Below are positions 27,898-37,865 of a stretch of 64,000 bases of DNA, one piece after another. The DNA is from Candidatus Omnitrophota bacterium (GTDB lineage Bacteria; Omnitrophota; Gorgyraeia; 2-01-FULL-45-10). Positions within the stretch are counted from its first letter, which is position 1; each line of letters opens with the position of its first letter. Position numbers and translations under genes: made by a program. Under the pieces are notes generated by a model. The model was not told where the DNA came from. It saw only the letters and a list, made by a program, of their open reading frames with translations, and searched no databases. The stretch is taken from positions 13,266 through 77,265 of the forward strand of contig JAQUQN010000001.1 in the NCBI GenBank assembly GCA_028716065.1, written 5' to 3'.

Positions 27898-29580
27898 ATG
27901 TATTATGGCGGAATCGAAAACAATATTATCTCTTTTCTCGAAAAGTCCAGCCGGTCTGTATTTTCGGACCTGAAAACGGTTCAGCTGCCGCCTCACGAAT
28001 TCAAACCCGAACTGGAAATCCCGAAAGACAAGATACACGGAGACCTCGCGACGAACATAGCGATGCGGATATGCAAGTTCTCCGGTACCAACGCCATGGC
28101 CTTCGCGGATCTGTTGCGGCAGAAGATGACAGAAGGCCTTTCGGCCACTCCCCTTGCCCGCGTGATAGATAGATTGGAAGTCAAGCCACCGGGTTTCATA
28201 AACTTTTTCTTCTCCAAGGATTATCTCGCCAGATCGCTTCTGGAGATAAAGCGCAAGAAGACCGAATTCGGCCGCGCGGCCGTAGGCAGGGGCACGAAGC
28301 TCCAGATAGAATTCGTAAGCGCCAACCCCACCGGGCCCCTTACCATAGCGCATGGCAGGCAGGCGGCAATAGGGGATTCCCTGGCGAGCATTCTGAAATT
28401 TCTCGGTTACTCCGTCGCCAAAGAGTATTATATAAACGATGAAGGCACGCAGATGGATATCCTCGGCAACTCCATCAGGATGCGGTATCGCGCACTTTGC
28501 GGCATCAAGGAAGATTTCCCCGAGGAAAGTTACAAGGGCGCTTATGTTCTTGATATAGCCAGGGCCTTCAAGGCAAAGCATAAGAAGAAATATTTAGACA
28601 CGGCCGATCTTAAGGTCTTCAGGGATTTCGGGTTGAAATGGATGATGGATGACATAAGAAAGGACCTTAAAGATTTCGGAGTGAAGTTCGATGTGTGGTA
28701 TAGCCAGAAGGCCCTCGCGAAGTCCGGCAAGGTCGAAAAGGCCATCCGTTTTTTAAAAGAGAAGGGGTATATATACGAAAACGAAGGCGCCGTATGGTTC
28801 AAATCAACGGCCTTCGGCGATGACAAGGACAGGGTGGTATACAAATCAGACGGAAAACCGACATATCTGGCGCCTGACATAGCGTACCATCTCGATAAAT
28901 ACAAAAGAGGGTTCAAGAAACTGATCGATATATGGGGGCCCGACCATCACGGATATATCCCGCGGATGAGATCGGCGATAAAAGCGCTCGGCTATTCGCA
29001 GGATTCCTTATCGGTGATAATAGTCCAGCTGGCCACGTTACTGAGAGGCGGACAGCCCGTTTCGATGTCCACCAGGCAGGGCGAGTTTATAACACTCAGG
29101 GAGATCATGGATGAAGTCGGAAAGGATGTCACGCGGTTCTGCTTTCTCATGAGGAGGGTATCGAGCCATCTTGACTTTGACGTGGAAGTGGTGAAAAAAC
29201 AATCATCGGAGAACCCCGTATACTACATCCAATACGCTCACGCGCGTATCTGGTCGATACTGGAATATTCTAGAAAGAAGAGCCTTTCGACAAAATTTGA
29301 TTCCGGCCTCCTGAAAGAGGCCGAAGAGATATCGCTTTTGAGGTTATTGAGGCAGTTTCCGATGGTAGTGAGTTTGAGCGGAAAATCATTGGAGCCGTAC
29401 ATGGTCCTTCAGTACCTGCAGGACCTGGCAGCGGTCTTTCATTCTTTTTACAATAAACATAGAGTAGTCAACGATGACCCGGAGCTTACAAGGGCGCGCC
29501 TGGTGCTGGTAGATTGCGTGCGCATAGTCCTGGCAAACGGCTTGCGATTACTCGGTGTCTCCCTTCCGAAGAAGATGTAG
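27898..29580 (+). CDS. argS: Arginine--tRNA ligase
   Basis: HIGH-like (ANPTGPLTIAHGR) and KMSK-region class I aaRS motifs. The DALR anticodon-binding C-terminus is typical of ArgS. Confidence 0.9.
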   Translation: MYYGGIENNIISFLEKSSRSVFSDLKTVQLPPHEFKPELEIPKDKIHGDLATNIAMRICKFSGTNAMAFADLLRQKMTEGLSATPLARVIDRLEVKPPGFINFFFSKDYLARSLLEIKRKKTEFGRAAVGRGTKLQIEFVSANPTGPLTIAHGRQAAIGDSLASILKFLGYSVAKEYYINDEGTQMDILGNSIRMRYRALCGIKEDFPEESYKGAYVLDIARAFKAKHKKKYLDTADLKVFRDFGLKWMMDDIRKDLKDFGVKFDVWYSQKALAKSGKVEKAIRFLKEKGYIYENEGAVWFKSTAFGDDKDRVVYKSDGKPTYLAPDIAYHLDKYKRGFKKLIDIWGPDHHGYIPRMRSAIKALGYSQDSLSVIIVQLATLLRGGQPVSMSTRQGEFITLREIMDEVGKDVTRFCFLMRRVSSHLDFDVEVVKKQSSENPVYYIQYAHARIWSILEYSRKKSLSTKFDSGLLKEAEEISLLRLLRQFPMVVSLSGKSLEPYMVLQYLQDLAAVFHSFYNKHRVVNDDPELTRARLVLVDCVRIVLANGLRLLGVSLPKKM

Positions 29581-29606
29581 TTAATTTTCAACATCCCGCG
29601 TACGAT

Positions 29607-31505
29607 ATGTTCGACTCAATCAAAATATACCTTAATGAAGAGATAGACGTGGAGAAGCTGTCGGCGGACCTCGTCGATTACGGATATCGCCATTGTAAGC
29701 GCGTCGCCGAAGAAGGCGATTTTTCCCGTCTGGGAGATACGATAACGATATACCCGCTCACATTTGAGTATCCCCTGAGGATCGAGCTTGAACATGATAA
29801 GGTCGAAAAGATACGAAGCGTCGATCCGATAACCTATGAAGTTGCCGAAGAACATAACGTAGCCATAATACTTCCCATAAGGGGCATTGCCAGGACCAGG
29901 ATACGGCGTAAGACGGCCTTAAGCGGCGAAGAGTCGCCCATAGATAATTTCGTGGACATCGAACCCGGCGACCACGTGGTCCACATAGACCATGGGATCG
30001 GGTTATATCTGGGCATAGAGAAGATAAAGGTAGATAAAAATTACGCCGACCACCTCGTCGTGGAATACTCGGGCGGCGACAGACTATATGTCCCGTTTTC
30101 CGACCTAGACAAGATACAGAAATATCTCGGTTTCGAAAAGAGGCCGCCGAGACTTTATAAGCTGGGGTCCAAACTATGGAAGAGGGCCAAGGACGCGGCC
30201 AGGTCCGGCGTGTACAAGGTGGCGGTCGAACTTCTGGAACTCGAGGCCAGGCGTAGCGCCGCGGAAGGTTTTAAGTTTTCCTACGACAAAGAGTGGCAGA
30301 CGGATTTCGAAAAGGAATTTCCTTATAAGGAGACGCCGGACCAGGCTCGTTCAACGCTTGAGGTAAAGAGCGACATGGAGTCGGCCAAGCCGATGGACAG
30401 GCTCCTCTGCGGTGATGTGGGATACGGAAAGACCGAGGTGGCGCTTCGCGCGATCTTCAAGGCGGTCATGGATAATAAGCAGGTCGCGATGCTGGTGCCC
30501 ACGACGATACTGGCGGAGCAGCATTACAATACATTTACGGCCAGGATGAAGAAATATCCGGTGAATGTGGAGATGCTTTCGAGATTCCGTTCCAGGGAGG
30601 AACAGTCGAGGACCGTGGAACGCATCGCAGGCGGTCAGGTGGATGTCGTCATAGGAACGCACCGTTTGTTGTCGGGAGATATAAAGTTCAGGGACCTTGG
30701 CCTGGTGGTAATAGACGAAGAACAGCGTTTCGGCGTGCGGCACAAAGAACACCTGAAGCGCCTCCGCGCGACCGTGGATGTCCTGACTCTTACGGCCACG
30801 CCCATACCGAGGACGCTCTATCTGGCCCTCATGGGCGGAAGGGATATATCGATAATAAACACGCCTCCTTCCGAAAGGCAGCCCATCGAGACGCAAGTGG
30901 CCAATTATGACGAATCCCTGATAAGAGACGCCATATTGAAAGAGAAGAAGAGAAGGGGGCAGGTCTTTTTCGTCCATAACAGGATAGAGGGAATAGAAAG
31001 AATAGCCGAAAATATATCCCGGCTTGTTCCGGAAGTGAGTGTGGCGGTGGGGCACGGCAGGATGCCCGAGAAGGCCCTGGAGAAGACCACCTTGAGTTTC
31101 ATGAAAGGCGATATCGACTGCCTGGTATCGACGACCATCATCGAATCCGGCATAGACATTCCCAATGCCAATACCATCATAATCAACAGGGCCGACACGT
31201 TCGGACTGGCCGACCTTTATCAGTTAAGGGGCAGGGTGGGCCGCTTCAACCGCGCCGCGTACGCCTATCTACTGATACCTAAAAAATTTGTCCTGAGCGC
31301 CGAATCCCAGAAGAGGCTCTCCGCCATAAGGAAGTTTCAGGAACTCGGTTCCGGATTTAAGCTCGCGATGGAGGACCTCCAGATACGCGGAGCCGGGAAC
31401 ATCCTCGGCACCGAACAGCACGGCTATATTTATGCCGTAGGTTTCGATCTCTACTGCCGGCTGCTCAAGGGCGCTGTCGAGAGCTTCAAGAAAAATACGA
31501 AGTAG
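29607..31505 (+). CDS. mfd: Transcription-repair coupling factor Mfd, short form (lacks the N-terminal D1 region and C-terminal D7)
   Basis: Partial UvrB-homology module, CarD/RID domain (IDNFVDIEPGDHVVHIDHGIGLY), RecG-like SF2 helicase (GYGKTEVA, DEEQRFGV), and the TRG region ending ...GFDLYCRLLKGAV. Only 632 aa. Confidence 0.75.
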   Translation: MFDSIKIYLNEEIDVEKLSADLVDYGYRHCKRVAEEGDFSRLGDTITIYPLTFEYPLRIELEHDKVEKIRSVDPITYEVAEEHNVAIILPIRGIARTRIRRKTALSGEESPIDNFVDIEPGDHVVHIDHGIGLYLGIEKIKVDKNYADHLVVEYSGGDRLYVPFSDLDKIQKYLGFEKRPPRLYKLGSKLWKRAKDAARSGVYKVAVELLELEARRSAAEGFKFSYDKEWQTDFEKEFPYKETPDQARSTLEVKSDMESAKPMDRLLCGDVGYGKTEVALRAIFKAVMDNKQVAMLVPTTILAEQHYNTFTARMKKYPVNVEMLSRFRSREEQSRTVERIAGGQVDVVIGTHRLLSGDIKFRDLGLVVIDEEQRFGVRHKEHLKRLRATVDVLTLTATPIPRTLYLALMGGRDISIINTPPSERQPIETQVANYDESLIRDAILKEKKRRGQVFFVHNRIEGIERIAENISRLVPEVSVAVGHGRMPEKALEKTTLSFMKGDIDCLVSTTIIESGIDIPNANTIIINRADTFGLADLYQLRGRVGRFNRAAYAYLLIPKKFVLSAESQKRLSAIRKFQELGSGFKLAMEDLQIRGAGNILGTEQHGYIYAVGFDLYCRLLKGAVESFKKNTK

Positions 31506-31647
31506 GGCATTCTGCTTCGCCCTTCAAGTAGCAATAGATGGTAGGGCTTCGCAGGAATGTCCCTACAAAGCCATACCCGAATTTTACGTGTTGATTGGCG
31601 AAGTAGGACAACTTTATCGGTTGATAACAACGGATTTTCGTGGTATT

Positions 31648-32535
31648 ATGAATTACATGAAATACAAAATATCGATATTATTACTGATAAGCGTGATCGG
31701 CGTATCGCTGTGGACCGGTTGCGTGAAAAAACCTTCGCCCGATGATAAGGTCCTGGCGGAGGTGAGCAGCAAATTTATCACGGTAAACGACCTGAAGAAG
31801 AGGATAAGTAAATTACCTCCCTATTATCAGGATATAATCAACAAAAATAAGAAAAAATTCCTGGACGAGACGATCGTGGAGATACTTTTTTACGAAGAGG
31901 CCATCAGAAAGGGCCTTGACAGGGATAAGGAATTCAAGGAGATCATGTATGAGGCAAAGAAGAAGATCCTTATAGCCAAACTCATAAAGACGGAGGTCGA
32001 GGACAAGATAACCGTTTCCGATGAGGAGGCACGGAAGTTCTACGAGGCCAACAAGGAGAATTTCAAATCACCGGAACTCTGGCGGGCCTCGCACATTCTC
32101 GTCGCTACGGAAGGCGAAGCGAAAGAGATCCAGAATGAACTGGCGAAAGGCGCCAGTTTTGAAGAACTTGCCAGGACGCGCTCGATGGACGCCACTGCCA
32201 GCCGCGGAGGAGATGTCGGGTATTTCCGGATGGGCCAGGTCGTTCCGGAGTTCGAAAAGGCCGCCCTCAAGTTAAAACCCGGCGAAGTGAGCGGTATAGT
32301 GCAGACCCAGTTCGGTTACCATATTATAAAACTTACGGATAAGAAAGAACCCGGCGTAGAGACTTATGATAAGGTCAAGCAGGCCATCGAGGATGAATTG
32401 AAGAAGCGCAGGCGAAGCGAGTTATTCGATGAGCTCGTGGAGAAGCTGAAGAATAAATACAGGGTATCGATCAAAGAGAATGTTTTTAACGCCCTGGAGG
32501 ACCTGGAAGGCGGTAAAAGAGTGGATGAGAAATGA
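31648..32535 (+). CDS. PpiC-type peptidyl-prolyl isomerase lipoprotein (SurA/PrsA-like)
   Basis: Lipoprotein signal ...LWTGC, a SurA_N-like region, and a PpiC domain (GDVGYFRMGQVVPEFE, FGYHIIK). The start could be 31648 or 31657. Confidence 0.7.
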   Translation: MNYMKYKISILLLISVIGVSLWTGCVKKPSPDDKVLAEVSSKFITVNDLKKRISKLPPYYQDIINKNKKKFLDETIVEILFYEEAIRKGLDRDKEFKEIMYEAKKKILIAKLIKTEVEDKITVSDEEARKFYEANKENFKSPELWRASHILVATEGEAKEIQNELAKGASFEELARTRSMDATASRGGDVGYFRMGQVVPEFEKAALKLKPGEVSGIVQTQFGYHIIKLTDKKEPGVETYDKVKQAIEDELKKRRRSELFDELVEKLKNKYRVSIKENVFNALEDLEGGKRVDEK

Positions 32536-33491
32536 AGAGTGTTAAGAAGGCCGTAAACTGCGCGCTATTCATCTTTTTCATGACTGCGTCCTGTCTATCG
32601 TTCGGCGATGTCATAGATAAGATAGCTATCGTCGTGAACAACGAAGTGATAACGCAGAGAGAGATAGATTCGATGCTTCAGCCGGTATACGAACAGTACC
32701 GGACGATATATTATGGCGATGAATTGATCAAAAAGCTGGAAGATGCCAGAAAGAGGATAGTGAACCAATTGATAGAGGATAAGCTCATATTCAGCGAGGC
32801 CAAGAAGTTGAACATGGAAATAGGCGAGAAAGAGATAGACGCCAAGGTCCAGGAGACGATAGAACGCGTTGGCGGAAACAGGCAGTTCGAGGCGTTGCTG
32901 AGAGAACAGAATATCACATTGAAGAGCCTGAAGACCCGTTATGCGGAACAGCTGATGGTGAGGCGCCTGGTAGACCAGAAGGTGGGTTCGACGATCGTCG
33001 TCTCTCCACTCGAGATAAGCGAATATTATGAAAAACATAAAAGCGAATTTATACAGCCGCATGAAGTAAAATTGAGCAATATATTGGTAAGGCCGAAACC
33101 CGGCGCCGAACCGGCCGAAGCGCTGAAACTCGCCAGGGACATCCACCAGCGGCTGCGTGACGGCTGCGACTTCGCGGGCCTGGCCAAGGAATATTCCGAA
33201 GGGCCGAACGGGTCCGGCGGCGGTTCGATGGGCTACGTGAAGAAAGGCGACCTGATGCCGGAAATAGAAGAGACCGTATTCAAGCTTAAAGAAGGCGAGA
33301 TATCCCCAGTCATACAGACGAGCGTGGGTTACCACATATTCAAGGTAGACCAGAGAAAGGACCGGGCCTTCAGGCAACTTTCGGAAGTCCGCCATGAAGT
33401 AGAGAACGCGTTGTTCAGAGAGAAAGTAAAAGAGAAGCTCAAAGGCTGGCTTGAGAATCTGAGAAAAAATGCCTACATCGCCTTCAAGTAG
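32532..33491 (+). CDS. SurA-like chaperone/PPIase, second paralog
   Basis: Signal peptide, a SurA N-terminal domain, and a PpiC domain (GGSMGYVKKGDLMPEIEE, VGYHIFK). Confidence 0.7.
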   Translation: MKSVKKAVNCALFIFFMTASCLSFGDVIDKIAIVVNNEVITQREIDSMLQPVYEQYRTIYYGDELIKKLEDARKRIVNQLIEDKLIFSEAKKLNMEIGEKEIDAKVQETIERVGGNRQFEALLREQNITLKSLKTRYAEQLMVRRLVDQKVGSTIVVSPLEISEYYEKHKSEFIQPHEVKLSNILVRPKPGAEPAEALKLARDIHQRLRDGCDFAGLAKEYSEGPNGSGGGSMGYVKKGDLMPEIEETVFKLKEGEISPVIQTSVGYHIFKVDQRKDRAFRQLSEVRHEVENALFREKVKEKLKGWLENLRKNAYIAFK

Positions 33492-34434
33492 ACGGGCCGT
33501 CTTAGTAACGATAGGTGATCCCGCGGGTATCGGCCCTGAAGTCACGCTGAAAGCCATCTCAAAGATAAAACCCTCCTTAAAGAAACGCCTCCTCGTCATC
33601 GGAGACAGATTCGTGGTCGATGAGGCCAAAAAAGTCCTGGGCCTTAGGATCGACATTCCGTTATTGGACATCTCAAACATATCACCCAAAGATTTTACCT
33701 ACGGGGTCTCCCGGCCGGAATTCGGCGCCGCTTCTATGGAATATATCGACAGGGCCCTGGAGATACTGAAAAAGGGCGGGGCCGGCTCTTTGGTCACGGC
33801 GCCGGTGAATAAATATTCGATAAGCTCCGCGGGATACGCCGATTTCCAGGGGCATACCGAATATCTGGCCGGCAAGACATCCACCAGGGATTATGCCATG
33901 ATGTTCGTGGGCGAAAAGTTGAAAGTTGTATTGGCGACGAGGCACATCCCTTTAGGAGATGTGCCTAAAACGCTTTCCGTAAAATCTTTATCCGCATCGA
34001 TCGCGCTGGCGCACGAGAGTTTAAAGAGATATTTCGGCATACGTGATCCTAGGATCGCAATTTGCGGGCTCAATCCCCACGCCGGAGAAGGCGGTAAGTT
34101 CGGCGATGAGGAAAAGACCATCATCAAACCGGCCATGCGTCTCGTCTCAAGGAAAGGGGGGAAGGTTTACGGTCCCTATCCTTCCGATACCGCTTTTTAT
34201 CAGGTGCTTCAAGGGAGGTTTGACGCGGTGGTCGCGATGTATCACGACCAGGGGCTCATCCCTTTCAAGATGCTCTATTTCACGACCGGCGTGAACATGA
34301 CGCTGGGGCTTCCGTTCATCCGGACATCACCCGACCACGGGACCGCGTTCGACATAGCCGGCAAGGGCAAGGCCGATCCCGCCTCCATGGCGGCAGCGAT
34401 TGGGCTAGCCTGCCGCCTGACATTCAAAGAATAA
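33469..34434 (+). CDS. pdxA: 4-hydroxythreonine-4-phosphate dehydrogenase
   Basis: VTIGDPAGIGPEV N-terminal motif and a PdxA-family core. Confidence 0.85.
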   Translation: MPTSPSSRRAVLVTIGDPAGIGPEVTLKAISKIKPSLKKRLLVIGDRFVVDEAKKVLGLRIDIPLLDISNISPKDFTYGVSRPEFGAASMEYIDRALEILKKGGAGSLVTAPVNKYSISSAGYADFQGHTEYLAGKTSTRDYAMMFVGEKLKVVLATRHIPLGDVPKTLSVKSLSASIALAHESLKRYFGIRDPRIAICGLNPHAGEGGKFGDEEKTIIKPAMRLVSRKGGKVYGPYPSDTAFYQVLQGRFDAVVAMYHDQGLIPFKMLYFTTGVNMTLGLPFIRTSPDHGTAFDIAGKGKADPASMAAAIGLACRLTFKE

Positions 34435-34435
34435 C

Positions 34436-35275
34436 ATGCTGAAAGAGAGCGAACTGAAAACCCTGTTTTTGAAGCACGGTTTCAAACCCCTTAAAAGGTT
34501 CGGCGAAAATTATCTTATCGACGGGAACATAAAGGACAAGATAATAAAAGAAGCCGGGGTCAAAAAAGGTGAGACGGTCCTTGAGATAGGGCCGGGCATG
34601 GGCGAGCTGACCATGGACCTGGCGGAGAGCGCGGCAGATGTATACGCCGTCGAGAAGGACCCGAAGGCCTTTCTGATACTGAAGGGACTGACAGGCGTCG
34701 TCCGCCCGAATTTAAAGATCTTTCAGCAGGATATCCTGGATTTCAGTTTCAAGTCCATCTCTTCGCCCAAAAATGTCAGGGTGATAGGGAACCTGCCGTA
34801 CTATATCACGACTCCTATAGTAGAATATCTCATCCGGAATAAAAGATATATAAAGGACATACTCATCACCGTGCAGAAAGAAGTGGCCGACCGCCTGCTC
34901 GCCTCTCCCGGAAATAAAGATTACGCCTCCATAAGTTGTTTTGTTCAATATCATACCAGGCCAGCCTATATCTACACGATAAAACGCACCTCTTTTTACC
35001 CGGAACCGGGCGTGGATTCCAGCCTCATACGGCTCGATGTGCTCGAGAAGCCATCTGTGAGCGTGGATGATGAAGAGTTATTCTTCAAGATAATCAGGGG
35101 CGCGTTTAACCAGAGAAGAAAGACGGTCATCAATTCGCTTTCCCGCCGCGATGTTCTCGACATGCCTAAAGAAGAACTGGCTAAGATCCTCCGCGAGGCT
35201 GAAATAGACCCTACCCAGCGCCCCGAACATTTGAGCCTCGCAGATTTCGCCAGGATCGCGAACGCCGTGGCGTAA
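34436..35275 (+). CDS. rsmA: 16S rRNA (adenine1518/1519-N6)-dimethyltransferase
   Basis: KsgA/Dim1 motifs (VLEIGPGMGELT, VIGNLPYYITTPI). Position after pdxA as in many genomes. Confidence 0.9.
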   Translation: MLKESELKTLFLKHGFKPLKRFGENYLIDGNIKDKIIKEAGVKKGETVLEIGPGMGELTMDLAESAADVYAVEKDPKAFLILKGLTGVVRPNLKIFQQDILDFSFKSISSPKNVRVIGNLPYYITTPIVEYLIRNKRYIKDILITVQKEVADRLLASPGNKDYASISCFVQYHTRPAYIYTIKRTSFYPEPGVDSSLIRLDVLEKPSVSVDDEELFFKIIRGAFNQRRKTVINSLSRRDVLDMPKEELAKILREAEIDPTQRPEHLSLADFARIANAVA

Positions 35276-35388
35276 TATTATTTTTGTATCTCCTCGCTTA
35301 GCGGCTTCTCGATAAGGTTCCCCCTCTTAAAACCGAGTGCATCGCCCGAACATTATATGGCCACGAGGCCAGGACCCTTCGCCTAATT

Positions 35389-35417
35389 TTGCTCTCATGA
35401 ATTTTGGCTACTATAAT
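35389..35417 (+). promoter_or_regulatory. Candidate promoter TTGCTC-N17-TATAAT inside the long rsmA-gatC spacer
   Basis: Located at 35389-35394 and 35412-35417. It would give a roughly 550-nt untranslated leader before gatC. Confidence 0.35.
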
Positions 35418-35615
35418 AGGTAGTTATAGAGTTATTTTGGCCTTACGCTAACGAAGTCGCTAATTTGCTTTAGGAGGTAATTAAGTACTTAGCAAAATTT
35501 TACGGCTCAGGGCCCATGGCCTCATGGCCACCTAAAGTATGCTCTGCTACATCGGCCTTAAAGGGGACCCCTTTTAGCGAAGAAGCCACCCTCGACCCGG
35601 ACATAAAATATCTTA

Positions 35616-35644
35616 CCCCGTTAGAAAAATCTTTTCTAACGGGG
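35616..35644. repeat. 29-nt palindromic element, copy 2 (identical to 25903-25931)
   Basis: Exact match CCCCGTTAGAAAAATCTTTTCTAACGGGG. Confidence 0.65.
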
Positions 35645-35664
35645 TGAACTTGGGGAACTGGGGT

Positions 35665-35897
35665 GGGAAATTTACGGGTGACACGACTAAGACTTTTGCG
35701 CGCACAAGCGAAGCGCGGGATGGGGGTGTCCGCCGTTTAGGATTACCGAAAAAACGCGTATACGTTTTATATAGTCGGACGTTCCGTTAATCCTGGCGGA
35801 CATACAGACACCAAGTGTCTATTGCCGGTCTATTGTGAACCCCGCGCGGAGTGCGGAGCACAAAAGTCTTAGTAGTGGCAGGACCCGTAAATTTCCC
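35665..35897. other. 233-nt element closed by 14-bp perfect plus 11-bp terminal inverted repeats: candidate structured ncRNA or MITE-like mobile remnant
   Basis: GGGAAATTTACGGG (35665-78) pairs with CCCGTAAATTTCCC (35884-97). TAAGACTTTTG (35688-98) pairs with CAAAAGTCTTA (35861-71). Several internal hairpins (for example GTCCGCC..AGGATTA / TAATCCT..GGCGGAC). Confidence 0.4.
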
Positions 35898-35974
35898 ATA
35901 TAAGACTTGCGGAGAATTTGACTTTGGCGGGGAAGTGTGGTAAGTTATACAAAAAGGCGGCTAAAGTGACGAAA

Positions 35975-36268
35975 GTGATTGATAAAGCTACGGTTAAGCA
36001 TGTGGCGCTGCTTTCAAGGCTGGCACTCGATGAAAGAGAAGAGACCACCTATTCGACGCAATTAGCATCTATTTTATCATATATAAATAAATTGAATGAG
36101 TTGGATACTAAAGATACGCCTCCGACCAGCCATGTCCTGTCCAATTTAAGGAACGTGGATAGGGCAGATGTTTTAAAGGAGTCGCTCAAGGCCGAAGAGG
36201 CGCTCGCCAACGCGCCTGAAAAGGAAGGGGATTTCTTCAGGATCCCCAAGGTCATCGAAGGAAAGTAA
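35975..36268 (+). CDS. gatC: Asp/Glu-tRNA(Asn/Gln) amidotransferase subunit C
   Basis: VIDKATVKHVALLSRLALDEREE from a GTG start. It directly precedes gatA. The track's 35918 start adds a non-homologous N-terminus. Confidence 0.75.
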   Translation: MIDKATVKHVALLSRLALDEREETTYSTQLASILSYINKLNELDTKDTPPTSHVLSNLRNVDRADVLKESLKAEEALANAPEKEGDFFRIPKVIEGK

Positions 36269-36275
36269 TTTATAG

Positions 36276-37727
36276 ATGGAGAATCTCTACGATCTGCCGG
36301 CTAATCGGCTGGCAGAAAAGCTGAAGTCCAAAACCCTCAAGCCCTCCCATGTTGTCGAAAAGATCATCCAGAGAATAAAAGAATTAAACGGCAGGATAAA
36401 TTCATTCGTATTCATAGATGAGCCGCAGGCTTTAAAAGCCGCCAAGGCGGCCGACGGTTCGGACCTGAAAGGAGACCTCTCGGGGATCCCGATAGCCGTC
36501 AAGGATAATATTTGCGTGAAAGGTCAGGATACTACCTGTTCATCCAGGATATTAAAGGGCTTCAGGCCGCCTTACGACGCCACGGTCATAAAAAAGATAC
36601 GCGAGAATGGCCTCATCCTCGTAGGCAAGACGAACATGGACGAATTCGCTTTCGGCTCTTCATGCGAGACGTCCTGTTATGGCCCGACGAAGAATCCGTG
36701 GGACCCGGACAGGATCCCGGGCGGTTCCAGCGGCGGTTCGGCAGCGGCGGTCGCGAGCGGCCAGATAGTGATGGCTATCGGTTCCGATACGGGCGGTTCC
36801 ATAAGGCAGCCGGCGGCAATGTGCGGAGTGGTCGGCATGAAGCCGACATACGGGCTCGTCTCCCGGTACGGACTCATCGCCTTCGCTTCGAGCCTCGACC
36901 AGATAGGGCCGATCACCAAAGATGTCACGGACGCGGCGGCGCTTCTCGGGGTAATAGCGGGACACGATGAGATGGATTCGACATCCGCGGATATCGAAAC
37001 ACCCGATTATCGCAAGTCCCTGGTGAATGATGTAAAGGGATTGAAGATAGGGATACCGAAAGAATATTTCATAGAAGGGATAGAGCCGGACGTGCTGAAG
37101 GCCGTTAAGGAAGCGATAGAGCTTCTTAAAAAGATGGGTGCTCAGATAAAAGAGATAAGCCTTCCGCATACGGAATACGCGGTCAGCACCTATTACATCA
37201 TCGCCCCGGCCGAGGCAAGTTCGAATCTCGCCAGATTCGACGGCGTGCAGTATGGTTTCCGCGCTCCGCATCCGAAAGATATAATAGATATGTACACGAA
37301 GACGCGTTCGCAGGGCTTCGGCGAGGAGGCGAAGAGAAGGATATTATTGGGAACCTACGTCCTCTCTAGCGGCTATTATGAAGCCTACTACCTCAAGGCG
37401 CTCAAGGTCAGGACGAAGATAAGGGTTGATTTCACGAGGGCATTCAAAGAGGTCGATTGCATCGTGACGCCGACCTCACCCACGACGGCGTTCAAAATAG
37501 GCGAAAGAATAGATGACCCGTTAAGCATGTACCTGTCGGACATCTTTACGATCCCCGCAAATCTGGCGGGGATACCGGCGATCTCCATACCATGCGGTTT
37601 TGACGGCAAGGGCCTGCCGATAGGCCTTCAGATAATCGCAGACGCGTTCAAGGAAGAGAATATATTCACCGCCGCCTATGCGTACGAACAGAATACGGAT
37701 TGGCATTCAAAGCGGCCGGGGATATGA
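36276..37727 (+). CDS. gatA: Glutamyl-tRNA(Gln) amidotransferase subunit A
   Basis: Amidase signature ([12 protein letters not shown]), 483 aa. Confidence 0.9.
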   Translation: MENLYDLPANRLAEKLKSKTLKPSHVVEKIIQRIKELNGRINSFVFIDEPQALKAAKAADGSDLKGDLSGIPIAVKDNICVKGQDTTCSSRILKGFRPPYDATVIKKIRENGLILVGKTNMDEFAFGSSCETSCYGPTKNPWDPDRIPGGSSGGSAAAVASGQIVMAIGSDTGGSIRQPAAMCGVVGMKPTYGLVSRYGLIAFASSLDQIGPITKDVTDAAALLGVIAGHDEMDSTSADIETPDYRKSLVNDVKGLKIGIPKEYFIEGIEPDVLKAVKEAIELLKKMGAQIKEISLPHTEYAVSTYYIIAPAEASSNLARFDGVQYGFRAPHPKDIIDMYTKTRSQGFGEEAKRRILLGTYVLSSGYYEAYYLKALKVRTKIRVDFTRAFKEVDCIVTPTSPTTAFKIGERIDDPLSMYLSDIFTIPANLAGIPAISIPCGFDGKGLPIGLQIIADAFKEENIFTAAYAYEQNTDWHSKRPGI

Positions 37728-37744
37728 GTATATTTTTAGGAAGT

Positions 37745-37858
37745 AATATTGGTAATGGTAAGGGTTACGAAGCCCGTATCGGTTACGGTAAAGGTTACGT
37801 AAAGACGAATAACGTAGCCGAATTACGAAACGGGCATCGTTACCGTTACCCAACAACG
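37745..37858 (+). promoter_or_regulatory. Imperfect long inverted repeat with GGTTACG direct repeats between gatA and gatB
   Basis: ttggtaatggtaagggttacgaagcccgtatcg... is mirrored by ...cgaaacgggcatcgttaccgttacccaa. Confidence 0.3.
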
Positions 37859-37865
37859 TGAATTT

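Noticed and set aside
35516-35647. 44-aa ORF MASWPPKVCSAT...TPLEKSFLTG ending in the palindromic element
   Set aside because: No convincing RBS-to-start spacing. Its C-terminus is just a translation of the palindrome. It is probably not a gene.
35276-35974. tRNA, tmRNA, RNase P or SRP RNA in the long spacer
   Set aside because: None of these was found: no tRNA-like T-arm, no RNase P P4 motif (GGAAAGTCCGG), no tmRNA 3' tRNA-like end, and no SRP domain IV motif.
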